From NCBI GenBank assembly GCA_037379345.1, contig CM074514.1:46624001-46688000 (forward strand): 64,000 bases of DNA, read 5' to 3'. A program made the position numbers and the translations under genes. Every line of letters begins with the position of its first letter. The first letter of the stretch is position 1. The notes beneath the pieces were generated by a model that saw only the letters and a list, made by a program, of their open reading frames with translations, was not told the origin of the DNA and did not search any database. Source of the DNA: Perna viridis (lineage: Eukaryota). Of the stretch, positions 50,568 through 64,000 are shown piece after piece.

Positions 50568-53500
50568 AGCTTTATAACCCCTTGAACACTAACATACGTC
50601 TGTTAAATTCTATGAAAAATGTTGCCATACTCGGAAGGCATATTAAGATAGAACTGTGTTATTTTTGGAATTAAACATTCTGATATGTTATCCATTTTTT
50701 TCTTACTTGAAAATTCCATCACATCTAGAATTATTAGTTAGCTTTTTTTCTCAAGACTTGATTGTCAAAATTATAAACGCATAATGTCTTTTCATTAAAC
50801 AATCACGCCATTGAAATTGTTTCAACGAAAATATCGGATTACTGGAACAATGAAAACTGAAGTGAAACAAAAGAATTATGCTACAGCTGATTAGAACATG
50901 AAGCAGTATATCTGGTCATGAAAAATCGATATTTTCATTTAAAATAAGTAGAAGACTAGTGCAAACAGGCAATACGAAAGAACCTTAAATTAAAGCCCAC
51001 ATTTGTCAAAAGACATGGTTGTTCACTACAAATTGTCACCTATTAACCACACTAAATGAAACAATGTAAACAAATTGCGCCTAGTTTATTGTCGGAATAT
51101 CAACGTATATCAGCTTTCTTATTGCCTTTAATTAAATCAGAGTTCTTTAATTCACTTTCTTTCCTCGCTTTTACATATCAGCGACTGCACTGTATTTTCA
51201 CAATATTTGTTATCTGATTAATGGTTTTCAGATCACATACAATTCATGAACTGCATGTCCTTTGAGGTATCTCCATATATAGAACCGCCAAGATTACAAG
51301 GGTCCACAGTAGGACGTACATTCATCTCTTTATCTAGAAATAAGTCCAAGTAAAAACGTATTACAAAAAAATTAATTGAATTTAACTATCACTTCATTTA
51401 CCTAAATTTTGTCTCGTATAACAATAAAAATACACTGCAAATAAGAGCATCAACAGGATTCAATTTCTCAAATGAAAGAATTATATCTGTATTAAATCAC
51501 CAAGGTAATTAATTTCCCCATGTTTGATATTGGAGTCAATTCCGAATGTGTGAATAAGCTAGTCATATTCTGCTTTTAATCATGACGCAATACTGAGTAA
51601 ATCGATATTCATGTTATTTATACATATCACAATTATTATCTTCTTTATGATTTTACACAAAAAAATAACTTTGTTTTGCTTTTCCATGCTATCTTTTGTT
51701 TGTTGGTGACGACAGAGCCTTCTGTTCACATACTTATTTCATTTAACAAATTAAATTCCGTCCTACAAATTTATGGTATCTCACATTCTTCATCATATAA
51801 GGTAATTGTTTACCTGCGTGTTCCTTTCTGAGTAAGTTACTAATTGATTAATCAATTATAATTTTAAGTATCGGTTATTAAATTGCATTGATTAATTCTC
51901 CTATCATGAAAAGAAAGCGCTTTTTATGATCAAAATTGTTTAATTAGTTCAACAAAATGTTCTATGGGAAGACTTATACATTTTAATTCATTCAAATTGC
52001 TCTATAAGAACAATTTTATACTACAACTATAAATAGGGTGGGTTTTTTTTTATTCTTTTTAATTTCATTTTTATTTATTTATTCATTTATTATTATTATT
52101 TTTTTTTTTTTGAATTTTCATCTTTAAATTATTAAAGCAATATATAATAGCTTATCACAGATAAAGATGTTCAAAACATTAACCGCAAAAGGTTTAAAAG
52201 AACAGTCACGTCATATAAAATTTGAACTGCATGCTTATTTATGTTCAACAATATATTCATTTTCAATAATTCTGCGTGAAAACCCTATTAACATTGTGGT
52301 AATATTAAGAGACGAAGATTTAAAGTTTGACACTTCTTTGTTTTCCAGTTACTGAAATGATATACTAAACTATGTTTCACGTATCTAAAAATACCCCACC
52401 CTGGTTAAACAAACATGCATGCAAGTGTATTCATCTCAATTTGACTGCATTTATTGTTTTAGATTCCCTTAGAACATTTTGAATAAAAATCGAAAGTAAA
52501 GAACTTTTAGAAGTTATAAAATGAATGATATAAGAAAAGAAGATTTCAAACAATTGTCTATTGTACATGCAAAAAGATTCTTTTCTTAAATATGCAATGT
52601 CATTTATTTATAATCAAAGACATGTTATATAGTAAGGAAGGCTAACACTTAATAAACTTAAATCAACAAGCCTCAAACCGAGAGAATTTAGATAATATTT
52701 ACAAGATTAATTTTGAAACAATTTATATCAGTCTTTCCAATATATTCTGTTCAGCGTGATATACGACCATAGAATGAACGAGAAATTGGTAAAATAGAGA
52801 GAATAAAATAAAAGATAATGAAACTACGAAAAATAAATGAGAAAGGTGTCACAAAGCACTTATTTATGATGACCCAAATTGGATGTATCGGTATACATTA
52901 ACATAGAGATAGTAACTTCTTAAAACTATGCGGGACCTGTTAAAAAGCAATTTTGTCTGTCACATGTTTGTTATTCTACCAATTTATGATTGTACAATAT
53001 CTCTGTTAAAGAAGGGTTTAAAAAAGGAATAATAAGAAGACATTTACTTTTTTGTTTTAAGCATTTTCTTTACATATTTCCTGACCACGCTTTTGTGTTT
53101 GATAATCTGTTTTCGTGTTTTTCCTCATCAAATGTATGGAGAAGTTGGAAAACAGAAGGGCACAGATTTTCTGTTATCTTGTTAATAAGTAAGTGATTTT
53201 CAAAATATCTTAGTTATAGGTCCAAGGCTAATTATGTTGACCTGGGCAACGCCGAAGTCTAACTTGATTAGCCGATTAATTATACTTCAGCAATATAAAA
53301 ATCACTACGCAATGGTACGTCATTAAATAACTGCAGGTCTTGGCTTTATTATGAAGCACAAACTGGCATTTTGAAAGGTTACACCGACGTGACTTACTCT
53401 TTTTGTCTTGAGAGTAAGTTCCATTGTTGTGATGAAGACTTCGTTCTATAATCTTTAAATTCATCCTTAAGGTCTACTGGTTAGATTTCATTGCATGCAG

Positions 53501-54849
53501 CTCATAGAGGGTGAGATGATAGGTTAATGATTTCCATGAAGATTTGTCATGAAAATATGCAAAGTTTTCGCTTATTTTTTTTTTATTTTACCTCCTTGGA
53601 CTGAATAAATTTCTAAACCAATATTTTATTTTCTAAATCGTATTTTACAATCTTCTGCAACTCATTAATAATTCACTTAAGGTAAAAACAGAAAATTCCG
53701 TTGAAGTCATGAATTTCCGAACGACACCGATCGGAAACCGGATAACATTGCAAAAAAAACTATATTGGCTTTTCCCAATATTGGAGTGGGTTTCTGATAT
53801 TGTAAGGGCAGTTCAGGCTGTATTAAGGGCGATGCTTTGGAGGTAATTAATTAAACATTTTGTTGTCAATGACAATAGAAAGAAATAGTTTTTAAGTTGT
53901 AATTTGTAAAAGTTCAAAAGAGTCTTTTTATGTATAAACTTTTACGTTTTAATGCTGTAGTTTCTTGTCTTTTGCCAAAACATATTTGAGACACATCAAA
54001 CAATTATAAGAAGTAATACTCGAATTTTTATTGGTATTTTACTAGTCCTATTACAGGGAAATAATGTTAAAATGGTTATTTTAAAATACATTACTTATTT
54101 ACATCAGTAAAACAACTGTTTTTCATTGAATGACAAAGGTTTATAATTACGTCAGTATTTTAAATACCCCGCTATATCATGCAGCTTTGTAAGCATTCAA
54201 TAAGTTCATTTCCTTACTAACAAAATCAGCATCAATTTTAGGTCATTTGTAAATGGTTTTTGAGATATTTGTTTTTGTTTATAAAGAAATAGTATTATTT
54301 ACGTATTATACTTTTTCTTGCTTAAAATCTTAACAGTTCGATTCTGCATGCTAGTTCTGAAGTTAAATTCAGGAGTGGAGGTGTAAATCTGCGGTTTTCT
54401 TATATCTTCCATAGGAACATTATAGGCATTGTTTTGCTTTTGTTGTTTAATCCTCTCGTAGAAGTATCCTGAAAATTCTAAAGATCTTCTTGGTATAATC
54501 TCAATATGGGACAATTAATGAAATATATGATTCTAAAACTCTTTATTCTACAATCTGTTATGCTAAGCTGGATTCCCGACTCATGAAACATTAAATGGCG
54601 ATGTTACTCTTGAAAAATGGAACACTTGCATACAAATACGTATTACTTGACAGATCATTCATAGTAAGAACGATACCATCTTCGGAATATATAATAGAAA
54701 ATATTGTTAAAATGCTTGAATATTTTTACAGTGAAATATGTTTTTTTTTCAGTGTGGAGAACATACAACTGTCGACATTTTGATGGGAACAAATTTGCAT
54801 CGTTATTCTCTGGCCTTTTCTGCCAATCTTATCACGCCTAATATATAGC

Positions 54850-55330
54850 GCCCCGTGCAGGTCCGTGTGTCAAAAAATAGACCCTCAGCAACGCTTACCT
54901 TGTCGTAAGAGGCGCCTAAATAGTGCTCAGAACCCTGGCCGGGGCTAAGACGCTCTGCCTACAGAATGCCTGGTGGAATGGGGTACACCTGGCATGTTAC
55001 ATGCTGGGGTCGTAAGCCAATAATACGGAAAACCTGACCACAAACTACAGTGGTGCATCATGTTGGGAAAGATGTCACGTTCCTCGCAAGTTAAAGAACC
55101 TTACTGTGGTATTCTCCTGGAGTATGAACCATAGGGGTCCGCCCCAGGAGGCTAAGTTGCCCGACTCTGCCCACGTCTCCCTATTTCCAGTGGCAATCAA
55201 AATTTGTCGATCTTGTTATTCTTGTGCCTCATCCCATTTTTCATTTCGTCATTTCATGATCATTCCATCACCCATTTCATATTCATTCCACCACCCATTT
55301 CATGTTCATTCCATCACCCATTACATTACC
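54850..55330 (+). mobile_element. Diverged third copy of the same SINE-like family, with a different 3' portion
   Basis: Colinear with ~15393-15810, including tgtcgtaagaggcgcctaaa, then a CATTCCATCACC-type low-complexity tract. The (CAAA)n tail is absent. Confidence 0.8.
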
Positions 55331-56866
55331 GGAGTAGCTGGGGCCGCAATGATCCTGATTTGGTTCAGACATTTCAAACGAAAGGTTGGGTGAAATCAAA
55401 GTTTAACAGCGCACCAAACCTCAGACTACTGACACTTTCAGCTTAATATATTAGTCAATTCTAAGAAAAAAAAGGAAAAATCAAGACTAACCCATACGCG
55501 TTATGCAAGAGAAACAATTCGTAATGTTCTTGTACCGTACAAGACTTCTTACAAATAGGATTCTTGAACAGGACTATGTGTATTCTGTTGCTACTAACGT
55601 TTTATTGTTGTTATCATAACCAGTGTGGTGTATCCATCTGCACAATGACAATCGATAGTTGTTCATGAACCTGTTATTTTAGTTATTGAATACTCTTTGT
55701 TGTGTGTTTATATTTATTTTGTACGACCGTTTTCACTTGACTATGCTCTTCTTCATAAACGACTTAAAGTCGAAAAGGAGTTAATAACTGGTTCTCTAAA
55801 ATGTTATATGATTTTAGAGCATTTAGGTTTTAAAACAAATACTAATTTGGTATGAAAATATAGGATATATTTGAATGATAATAAATGAAATATTCAAAAC
55901 TTAAATAATAGATCAAAACATATTACATATTTGGGAATCAATCATGACGACTTCAGTTTGATAAAAGTACAAAAGATGCATATAGTTTGAATATCCCCTA
56001 TTAACCTTAACGTTGAAAATATATCAAGACTGTGCAATAACGTAACGTACCTTAACTCGCTCTGAAGCATTACGAAACTTTACAATCACTATCTTTTTAA
56101 TATCAACTAGAACATGATCGAAATTACATTGTGGTGTAGTGAATGTTATTAAGTAATGACCTGGACAAAAAACATTTATTTCTTTTAAGCAAGCTATTCC
56201 TGAGTTCATTAGCATCAGTATTCAATACCACGAATATAAATAACATTTATTAACAATCCCAAAATCTAGCTAATACTTATATTGCATTTTCCGACCCCAT
56301 TGAGACTAGTTTTAATTTATTTCCTGAATGGTTATGAATATAAATCAATTAAGTAGAAAATGGCAAGGTTTTCATTGATCGGTTGACCAAAGAAACTTAA
56401 TAATAAAACATTATATGGGAATTCATCTAAATGAATAATGTCTGTTTTGTGTATCTTTTTCGTGAATGCATTGCGCGTAGGGAATACAGTAGGCAATTTT
56501 GAGACTTCTGGAAGATATCAGAGTAAATATAACACGGCGTGTCGGTAGAAATAAACATAAAATAATGTTCGTAATTAACATTTTATCCTTGGAACTGTCT
56601 CTTTTTTGTTGAATAGCTGTTCGACAAATTGTATACTTTTAACTATGCAAACATTAATTACTTTAAATGTCACCATGGCTGCAAAATTTAATGATACTTA
56701 TTACTATGATGCTCTTGCCTAGGGTATAGTTTTAAAATGCTCTTTCAACGTTTGTACCTTTTAAGCTTTTGAGAGTATGTAATTGATATTATATAAAAAT
56801 TAACTAATATGATATTTGTATGGATACCCTTTGTTCTACAAAACGAAATCAAAGGACCCAAGATTC

Positions 56867-57175
56867 GAGCAGAAATCAAAAGAATATTATCCAAAGATAA
56901 AGACAAGAAAAGGAAAACAGACACACACATTAAAGAACATGAAATAACCAAAATAAAGCGTACAAAGAAACAAAAGCAAATGAACAACAGGGACTCCACA
57001 GAAAACTGAGAACATAGGTAACCGCTCTCAGCTTTTCTGGGAAATTCCGGCTATTGCAGACGGATACGCCGTAACGATCCACGAGTTCATGACTTCTGTA
57101 ATGATAATTTCAATCTTGTGACAATATAACCCTGCTACAGAAACCTAATTGTAAGAAGTGTAGCTCGATACGAAA
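56867..57175 (-). mobile_element. Penelope-like 3' fragment, diverged
   Basis: Tail plus catgaactcgtggatcgttacgg (HELVDRY) ORF-end remnant. Confidence 0.7.
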
Positions 57176-60100
57176 GCTTGTGTATAGTATGACTTTGATT
57201 TTGTACACGAAGGACCACGGAGGGTATGTAATCCCAATACGATACTGATATTCGTGTATGACTAAGACAAAACTTTACTGTCTTAATGAGTTTTTGTTCA
57301 AGTCAACAATAAGGACCTGATTTACATCCCTTTATGTTTTATCTTTTAATTTAAACTATACAGATCTTCCATGCATAAAATTGGTATCAAAGTTTGAAAA
57401 TTTGTGAATTAACGTGTTTCAATGAGTAACATGTCATCAACAGAGTTACCACCAAATAAATATCTACATCCAAAATAAATTGCAACCAGAAGCATTCAGG
57501 TCTCACTTACCACCTATGGGTCGAATTGCCATCCCTATGTAATACCAAAATACACACTGAACCTAGAACTAAACAATGAAAGTGCATAATTTGTATGTAT
57601 TTTAATCAAAGGTTGTCACAATAAAGCAGAGAATATGTACTTTAAAATCAAATTTGCAAATTACTATAAAAGTGTGTGAATATTGTTTACATGTGTGAGA
57701 ATGTTGCCTCCATTCTGTAAGTAAGGGGAATAGGTAAAATTGTGGTTTTTCTATATTATTAACTCAAGTAATTTTATGAAGAATTTCTATGGTCATCGTA
57801 CCATTAGAGGTATGCTTTTGAAAACCTAATTTTCCAGGTTTGCAATTGTATGTAAGTTCAAAAATTACTTTTGTAAAATGTAAAATAATGGAAACATTAG
57901 AAGTGGTTATTGAGATCTCACAACCAAATATTGAAACAAGAATCCAAAGTACAGAAAAGTATAAATGCAAATCCGGAATGTAACTTGAAGGGAATGTCTA
58001 AGCACTTTCGAATTTGTGATTTTGTGACTACTTGGTCGGATAATACTCCGGTGACATTTGGTCCATCAGCAGTCACTTCAGCAAAGTGTTTTATAAATAT
58101 TGAACGTTTTCATCATGCGCGTTATCAAGTGATACTCCATGTTGCCATCAAATGATGATGAACCAATAAGAATCCATTAATGAAATCCTTAATAAGTCTA
58201 GCTGTCTTATACCACTTATTTTTCAAACACGTTGTTCTACGTACTAAATTACTACCCCAAGTGAATTCTATGGGTCAGAAAATACATTAAACAAAGAGAT
58301 CAGATGTGATAATCTCGTAAATACATTGTATTTTGCTTGCTTATATAATATAATATACCTTTAACTTAAAACAAAGACAGATTTTACCAACACAGGGGAT
58401 TAAACTTGACTTTATTATTGATCGGATAAGTGTTCGGTAATTTCGTTGTTATCCTCATTTGAAACATGTTTGATATATTATCATTTCACAATTTCCTCAC
58501 ATACAAATGAATTAGATTGGATATAAGTCAGACTTGCCAAATCTGTATTACAAGTATATTGTTTGCAATATAGTTGGTAGAAATAAGAATGATGAATACA
58601 TAAATGCAGACGTATTTGTCGAGATTTCATTTACCATCCAGACTGTAGGATACATGTATATATACTGATTTCTTGAATACTTCAAACATTTCTTTGTATA
58701 TGTAAAATTAATTATTTAGGTGACAAAGTTGACACTAACTTGGGTTCAAAAATACTTAACTAATCATGCAGATTAATAGATGTTAATTGGGCATGGTGTT
58801 GTTTTGCCTTAAAAGTCATCATATAACCAAATATTTTGAATAGCTTTAGGTTTTGAAAAAGGTAAAACTACACAATTGGTATTTTGTCTCAAGGTAGCGT
58901 CTTTGATATCGTATAAAATTATGAATCAATTTGAACGTTTTAACCTTTGGTATTTCTTAAACATCAACATTATGATCTGGATAATGACATATATATAAAA
59001 AAAATCAAAATTGCAAAGAAAAAAACTTCAATAACGTATGTTGATATTAACGAGGATTTTTGTTTAAATTGTGGCATAATATTAGTCAATTGTTTTCATT
59101 CGTGTAGGTTTTTGTTATCACCATCATTTCATGATAGAAAAGGAATACATTTTTAAAATATGATAACCTTTAAATACCTTGCAATGAGATTGAAACGTCA
59201 AGGAGATAAAAATGTAGACCCGAACTGGGTTCAAACACAAAATGGCAGAGTGTTAACATAGAGACCTTTGACAATTAGTGACTAGTTAAATGAAGAGTTC
59301 AAATAGGGCTTGGAGTATTCAAGCCAACTCCTCCTGGAATCATATTAACGTCAAACAAATATTTAGTAATAAAATAAACCAGTTGTTAGAGTTTAGATAG
59401 GTCTAGCCTTATTCAAGCCACTTCGACCTGCAATCGTATAAACGTCTAACAGATATCTTAAATGACAGAACATATAACCGAATTATAGTTTAATATAGTT
59501 TAAATGTCCTTTCAGTCCTCCGTACCTCCCTTGGGCATTATAGTTTGACATATTGAGAACAAATATAAAATAAGAGTTTAAGTAAAACGTATACTGTTAA
59601 AAAGTATATTTCTTTCTCTTAAATGTTACGCATGTAGCAGATTAACATTTCAATGTTGTCATTCGTGACGAACCAGTGGTGTTATAAACTATTTTCAGTT
59701 GAATTTGAAGTGCAAAATATTAGTTCTTATCAACCTTATTTGTAACGTGCGTGTAATACTCATTATACTAAAAGGCTTCAATTTAGTTCTTTCGTGTTTC
59801 GTGACTTTATTATAAATTTATCGAATTAATAACAAACAAGACCTCAACTATATATTGATAAAGATGTAAATGTCAAATCTATCAAAACAACAAATAGCAG
59901 TGTACAAACAACAAAATATCAAAAGTTAAAGATCGACGGATCTGTAGTTTATAAAAGTTCAAGAATTCAGAAAAAAACAGTGTAGGTAAATACTTAACTC
60001 ATATCATAGATTTTTTTTTACAAAAGTATTAAGCTTGAAAGATTTCAATAAATTCATAATAATTTATTTATATTTTTAATGTATATGTATATAAGGATTT

Positions 60101-61001
60101 ATGAATACCACGTACATGTATTTATAAGAACATTTTTATACTCTGACGACAAAAATCTAGTCCCATAAAGAAAACATTCGTTATGTAATTTCGATTACCA
60201 TAAGTGAATTGGGAAAGTTAAGGGAGTTGCAATAGCAAAGCGCATTATCTTAGGTAACTCGATTAGTTTTAATAGGTTTCTGTTTACCCAAAGCAAGCTA
60301 TCATTTGATATGAATATTGACTATGCTTATAAAGTAAAATCATATATATACTGACACGATTCATTTGTTATTTTAAATATAGCGTATTCCAATATATTAT
60401 TCATACATTTCCATTTATATACATCTCCACTGAAGTCTCATGACAATGTTTTTATAAAATTCATTGTGTCATTATTTCTAGTATTTAAACAGTTAGTTCA
60501 AATATGAATTGAAACATGCAACGGAAGCGAAACATCAATATGTAAAGTCATGTGTACGGACGCTATTCAACGAAGACAAAATAATATTAGATATGGACGG
60601 AGCATCAGCGACGTCCTATATGTAGAATGTTAGACCAGAACTGTGAATGAATAAAAAGTATTTAGATGAAAGTGACGAAACTTGTCGGAGGATTGCACAA
60701 GTGCGGAGACGCTTTTTTGTCTCGTATGTTACGCCGATTAATACGGTTTACTATTTTTTTATTAAGTGCATGAATGTATTATCAACTTGGTTGTGTAAAC
60801 TAATGGCAAGAAAAATCAATAGCCGTCGGTTTGAACCCTTCAGATATGACAACTTTATTCGCGTATACTTTGTAAATGTGATTGAGAATCAAACCAGTCT
60901 CAGAAAATTTTTGCAAGCTCCAATTTTAAAAACAAATCGAATCATAGTTTTTCCAAGAACGAGATGGCCAAAAACAGTCTAAAATATGGGGCCCAGATGT
61001 T

Positions 61002-61236
61002 TACGGAAGTGACGTAATCAGCATTACCGCAATAAAAATGCAAAACGAGAACGAAACAAAACGAAACGAAACAATTTGAAACAAAAGAAAACAAAAGAAT
61101 TAAAATTAAAAGGAAAAACGAAAGAAATCGAAAAAAGAATGAATAAAACAAGTCAAAATTTAAATAAAAACGAATCTAACCAAAACAAAATGTCACGAAA
61201 CGAAATAAAATAAAGAAATCTTTAAGATTTTCCGTA
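61002..61236. mobile_element. Possible short non-autonomous IS3EU-like element of a different family
   Basis: Begins TACGGAA, ends TTCCGTA, and is filled with (AACGAA)-type repeats. The TIR is only 7 bp and there is no TSD. Confidence 0.35.
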
Positions 61237-61786
61237 GTTTATAAGTTTATAAGTACCACATGTTTTACCTACGCCGGGCATTTTGATCCAAAGACATTTC
61301 CAACCATGACAATTCGGAGCATGTATTAGGATAATTCAAACGAACATCTGAAAGAGGAAGGTTTCTGGAACAATTCTTATATTTTGTCAATTGAATTATG
61401 CACACATGGGTGCAGGGGGTGGCATCCTCTTTTTTATTGGCAAATTTGTCATTTTCATGTGTACAATTGACAAAAAAATGGCAAACAATGTCCTATCACC
61501 CCCTTTTTTCTGATGAGCATCTGTGGCACCCCTTCTTTTTAAAGTGTCTGGATCCGGCTCTGGGTCTTAACCAATTATTGTAATTGTGTTTGAACCGATA
61601 CATATTTAGTATTGTAGGAAGTATTTGAGGATAGTTCGTGGACGCACATTGGGCCCGTCCATCATAAGCATAGCTTAAAATCATATACACAAACACAGCT
61701 GGTTTAAATTGTAGATATACAACACTCCCCTAAAAACAACTAAGATACAGATGAAATCAGTTGTAACCTATCAGTCAAACTTTCAG

Positions 61787-61951
61787 AAGAGCCTGCTCTA
61801 GGACAGTTCTTCAACCAACTCTTCTGACAGTTGCAGCAGAGCCGGCTTTTATTCTGTCAAGCTCTACGAGAGCCAGCTCTGCTAGTACTATCAAAAGAGC
61901 CGCCTCTACGAGATTTGTTGTACCGTTAGAACTGTCAGAAGAATCGGCTCT
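61787..61951. repeat. Five degenerate copies of the 12-bp palindrome AGAGCCGGCTCT
   Basis: Copies at ~61787, 61838, 61869, 61896 and 61940, plus the inverted pair ttctgacagtt / aactgtcagaa. Confidence 0.7.
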
Positions 61952-64000
61952 GTTGAACTGCAAAAAGATCTAGATCCGTATCTTGGTGCAGTTCTCGTAA
62001 ATCTATACACATTGTAATTCGCCAATTTAATGAATTAATCATATTCAAAAAGTTTCGATTTTGTCGTAACTGTTCACAATTATTAGCTATTCTCACATTG
62101 TCTTACATTTGCACATGTAGTGACATTGGGGGACAAACGATCGTACACGTACTTTATTCTTGTTTTTTTATTGCAAAGATTTTTTTTATTTTTCTTCGCT
62201 GAACAACTCTTAACTTAACCAATAATTTTATTTCTTCAAAAACAACTATTTAAACTAAAATATTTAAATGAAACATTTACAAGTACTATAAACTTAAATA
62301 TGCATGTACATGCTCAGTGTCAGTAGGAACTCTCATTTTCATTTGAAAACCTCAAAATTAGATGGAAAGCTATGACTGGAATGCATATAGACCTATTTAG
62401 GTACTTTTTTCTAGTGCGAATATTGTTTGAAAACCTCAAATATTGGATCAAAGAGTAATATTTACTAATTTTTTTCCTTTTCTATCAGTCTTTTAGTTAC
62501 TTTTGAAAAAAGGCAACAATTATTGCTCAAAATTGTGAATATCTTCATATTTGGTTAATTAAAGACCTCGTTCAATATGGGCAACTAATAGAGGCTGAAT
62601 GATGGGATGAAATGGTCTCAGTATAATGTTGATTTGACGGAGCCTGTCAAGATAATCAGAAATACCGATGCAACGTAGGGCAAGTCTGGGCACGATTGGT
62701 ATCAGTGGATGCTATGTTTCCTCTTGGTAGGCAAAACAGCAAGAGAGAAATAAAGTTCACGAGATCCACTTACGCCAGGTCGCATCCCATCACCCTCTGG
62801 GGCAGTAATCAAAGGAGTGCGGCCAAAATTAATGTTAGCAAACTGATAGCATATTTTTTATAGCGTAATAGCTATTTATATATGAATATTTAGGGAAACC
62901 CAAACTGGTGATAGAAAAGAAACGAGCACTCATGGTTGGCATGAGATGGTCTACCCATGCTTCTTGCGGTAACGCAACAAAGTACAAAATTTTGATTTGA
63001 TCCGACGTACAATACTGGAAATCGTGACCCCATACCTTGCCAGATTTCGCCATATCTATACTGTGACGGAGTTTTATTATATATGTCAAAAATGAGAAAC
63101 AACAATATATACAAAAAGATTTTAAGACTTTTAAAGTTAGTAAATTGGAAATAATCGTGTTAATCCGTCTTTCCTGGTTGGATAATAAGTTTACAGTTTT
63201 GTTTAATCACCAATTCGTAAACATCTGAATTACAGCTGATCAATTGCCTGAAACATCCGCAGGCGTTAGGTCACCATTGTTCAGTTTTCGATCTCCAGGT
63301 TTAAACATAAAGTCCACACATTGTTCACTCCAAGCCACATATGTCTCTAGTTGCATAGTGCTTAATTTCATCCCCGGTATGCACCCATGGGTCCCTGGCA
63401 ATCATCCTTCTCAGCGAGGAACGCCTGAAAAAAACAAAACAATAGCAGAAAGGATTCAAGTAAATTGTACCCGGGTAAGTAGTTTGAGTAGTGGGAAGGG
63501 TTTTTCGATGTGATTTCAATCAATAAACATGTGTTTAATTTCCGTAACGTTAGCTTTCATTAAATTGGTTTACCTAAAATAACGATAAACCGTATTAAAT
63601 ATGTACCAATGGAAAGAACCAATAAAATGTTACAAAGAGAAAAATAGCAAATTTTAGTATCCTTTAATGACTTAGTTTATTTTCCTTTCTAAACCTCTGA
63701 ATTAGATGATAAGCTATACAGTGAATGCATTTAGACCTTTTTGCTAGTGCGAAAACTAACATTCTTTGAATACCTCAGATATAGGACCAAAACGTAAAAA
63801 TTCACTGCTATTTTGTTTGTGTAACATTTGTTAGCATATTTTTGACGCGATAGCAAAAATAAGGGCTACAAGCTGTAAAACATCTTAAAATTTTGCTATT
63901 AGAATATTTTAATATGAAAAACACCCATAAAATATTTAACAAGTATTATATCAGAAAGAAGAAATATAGCAATTTTAAGTATCATTAGTAAGTTTGAGCA

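Larger units (their letters stand above)
54299..57562 (-). other. Candidate spliced exons (57562-57511, 56160-56051, 54468 downward); short ORF, lncRNA or 5' UTR exons of the host gene
   Basis: Canonical AG/GT boundaries and open frames. No recognisable protein motif. Confidence 0.3.

Noticed and set aside
59212-59245. tRNA gene (GGTTCAAA B-box-like)
   Set aside because: No cloverleaf or A box. At most a SINE-head relic.
61511-61560. Hammerhead ribozyme cores at CTGATGA motifs (also ~12026, 19406, 36791)
   Set aside because: I could not identify stem II followed by GAAA with a paired cleavage-site arm.
63395-63425. Selenoprotein read-through of two in-frame TGA codons
   Set aside because: No recognisable selenoprotein motif or SECIS. 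Ordinary decay or a wrong frame is simpler.

Overview
This is AT-rich, repeat-dense eukaryotic DNA with GT-AG introns. The repeat families suggest a bivalve mollusc (inference). I found no prokaryotic genes, rRNA, tRNA or CRISPR array. A phase-consistent 5-exon minus-strand gene (50567->6771, 261 aa predicted) encodes an N-terminal ParB/Srx-like domain with a degenerate motif and an acidic tail. Its first intron holds the most notable object, a ~15 kb IS3EU-type DNA transposon (32976-48096, TACGG...CCGTA termini). This element has palindromic ~21-bp subterminal arrays and two convergent intron-containing genes, each starting with a micro-exon just inside one end: a DDE transposase and a SAM-like/HECT E3 ubiquitin-ligase cargo gene. 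Both genes are disabled in this copy. An inverted fragment of the element's right end is fused to its left TIR. Intron 4 holds a nested stack: a ~38-bp satellite interrupted by a BEL/Pao LTR element, which itself carries a CR1-group LINE, a MITE and two inverted SINE-like copies. The rest is Penelope-like (Naiad-type) fragments, a decayed CR1-like LINE, Helentron-like elements and MITEs. All calls were made by eye, without database searches.
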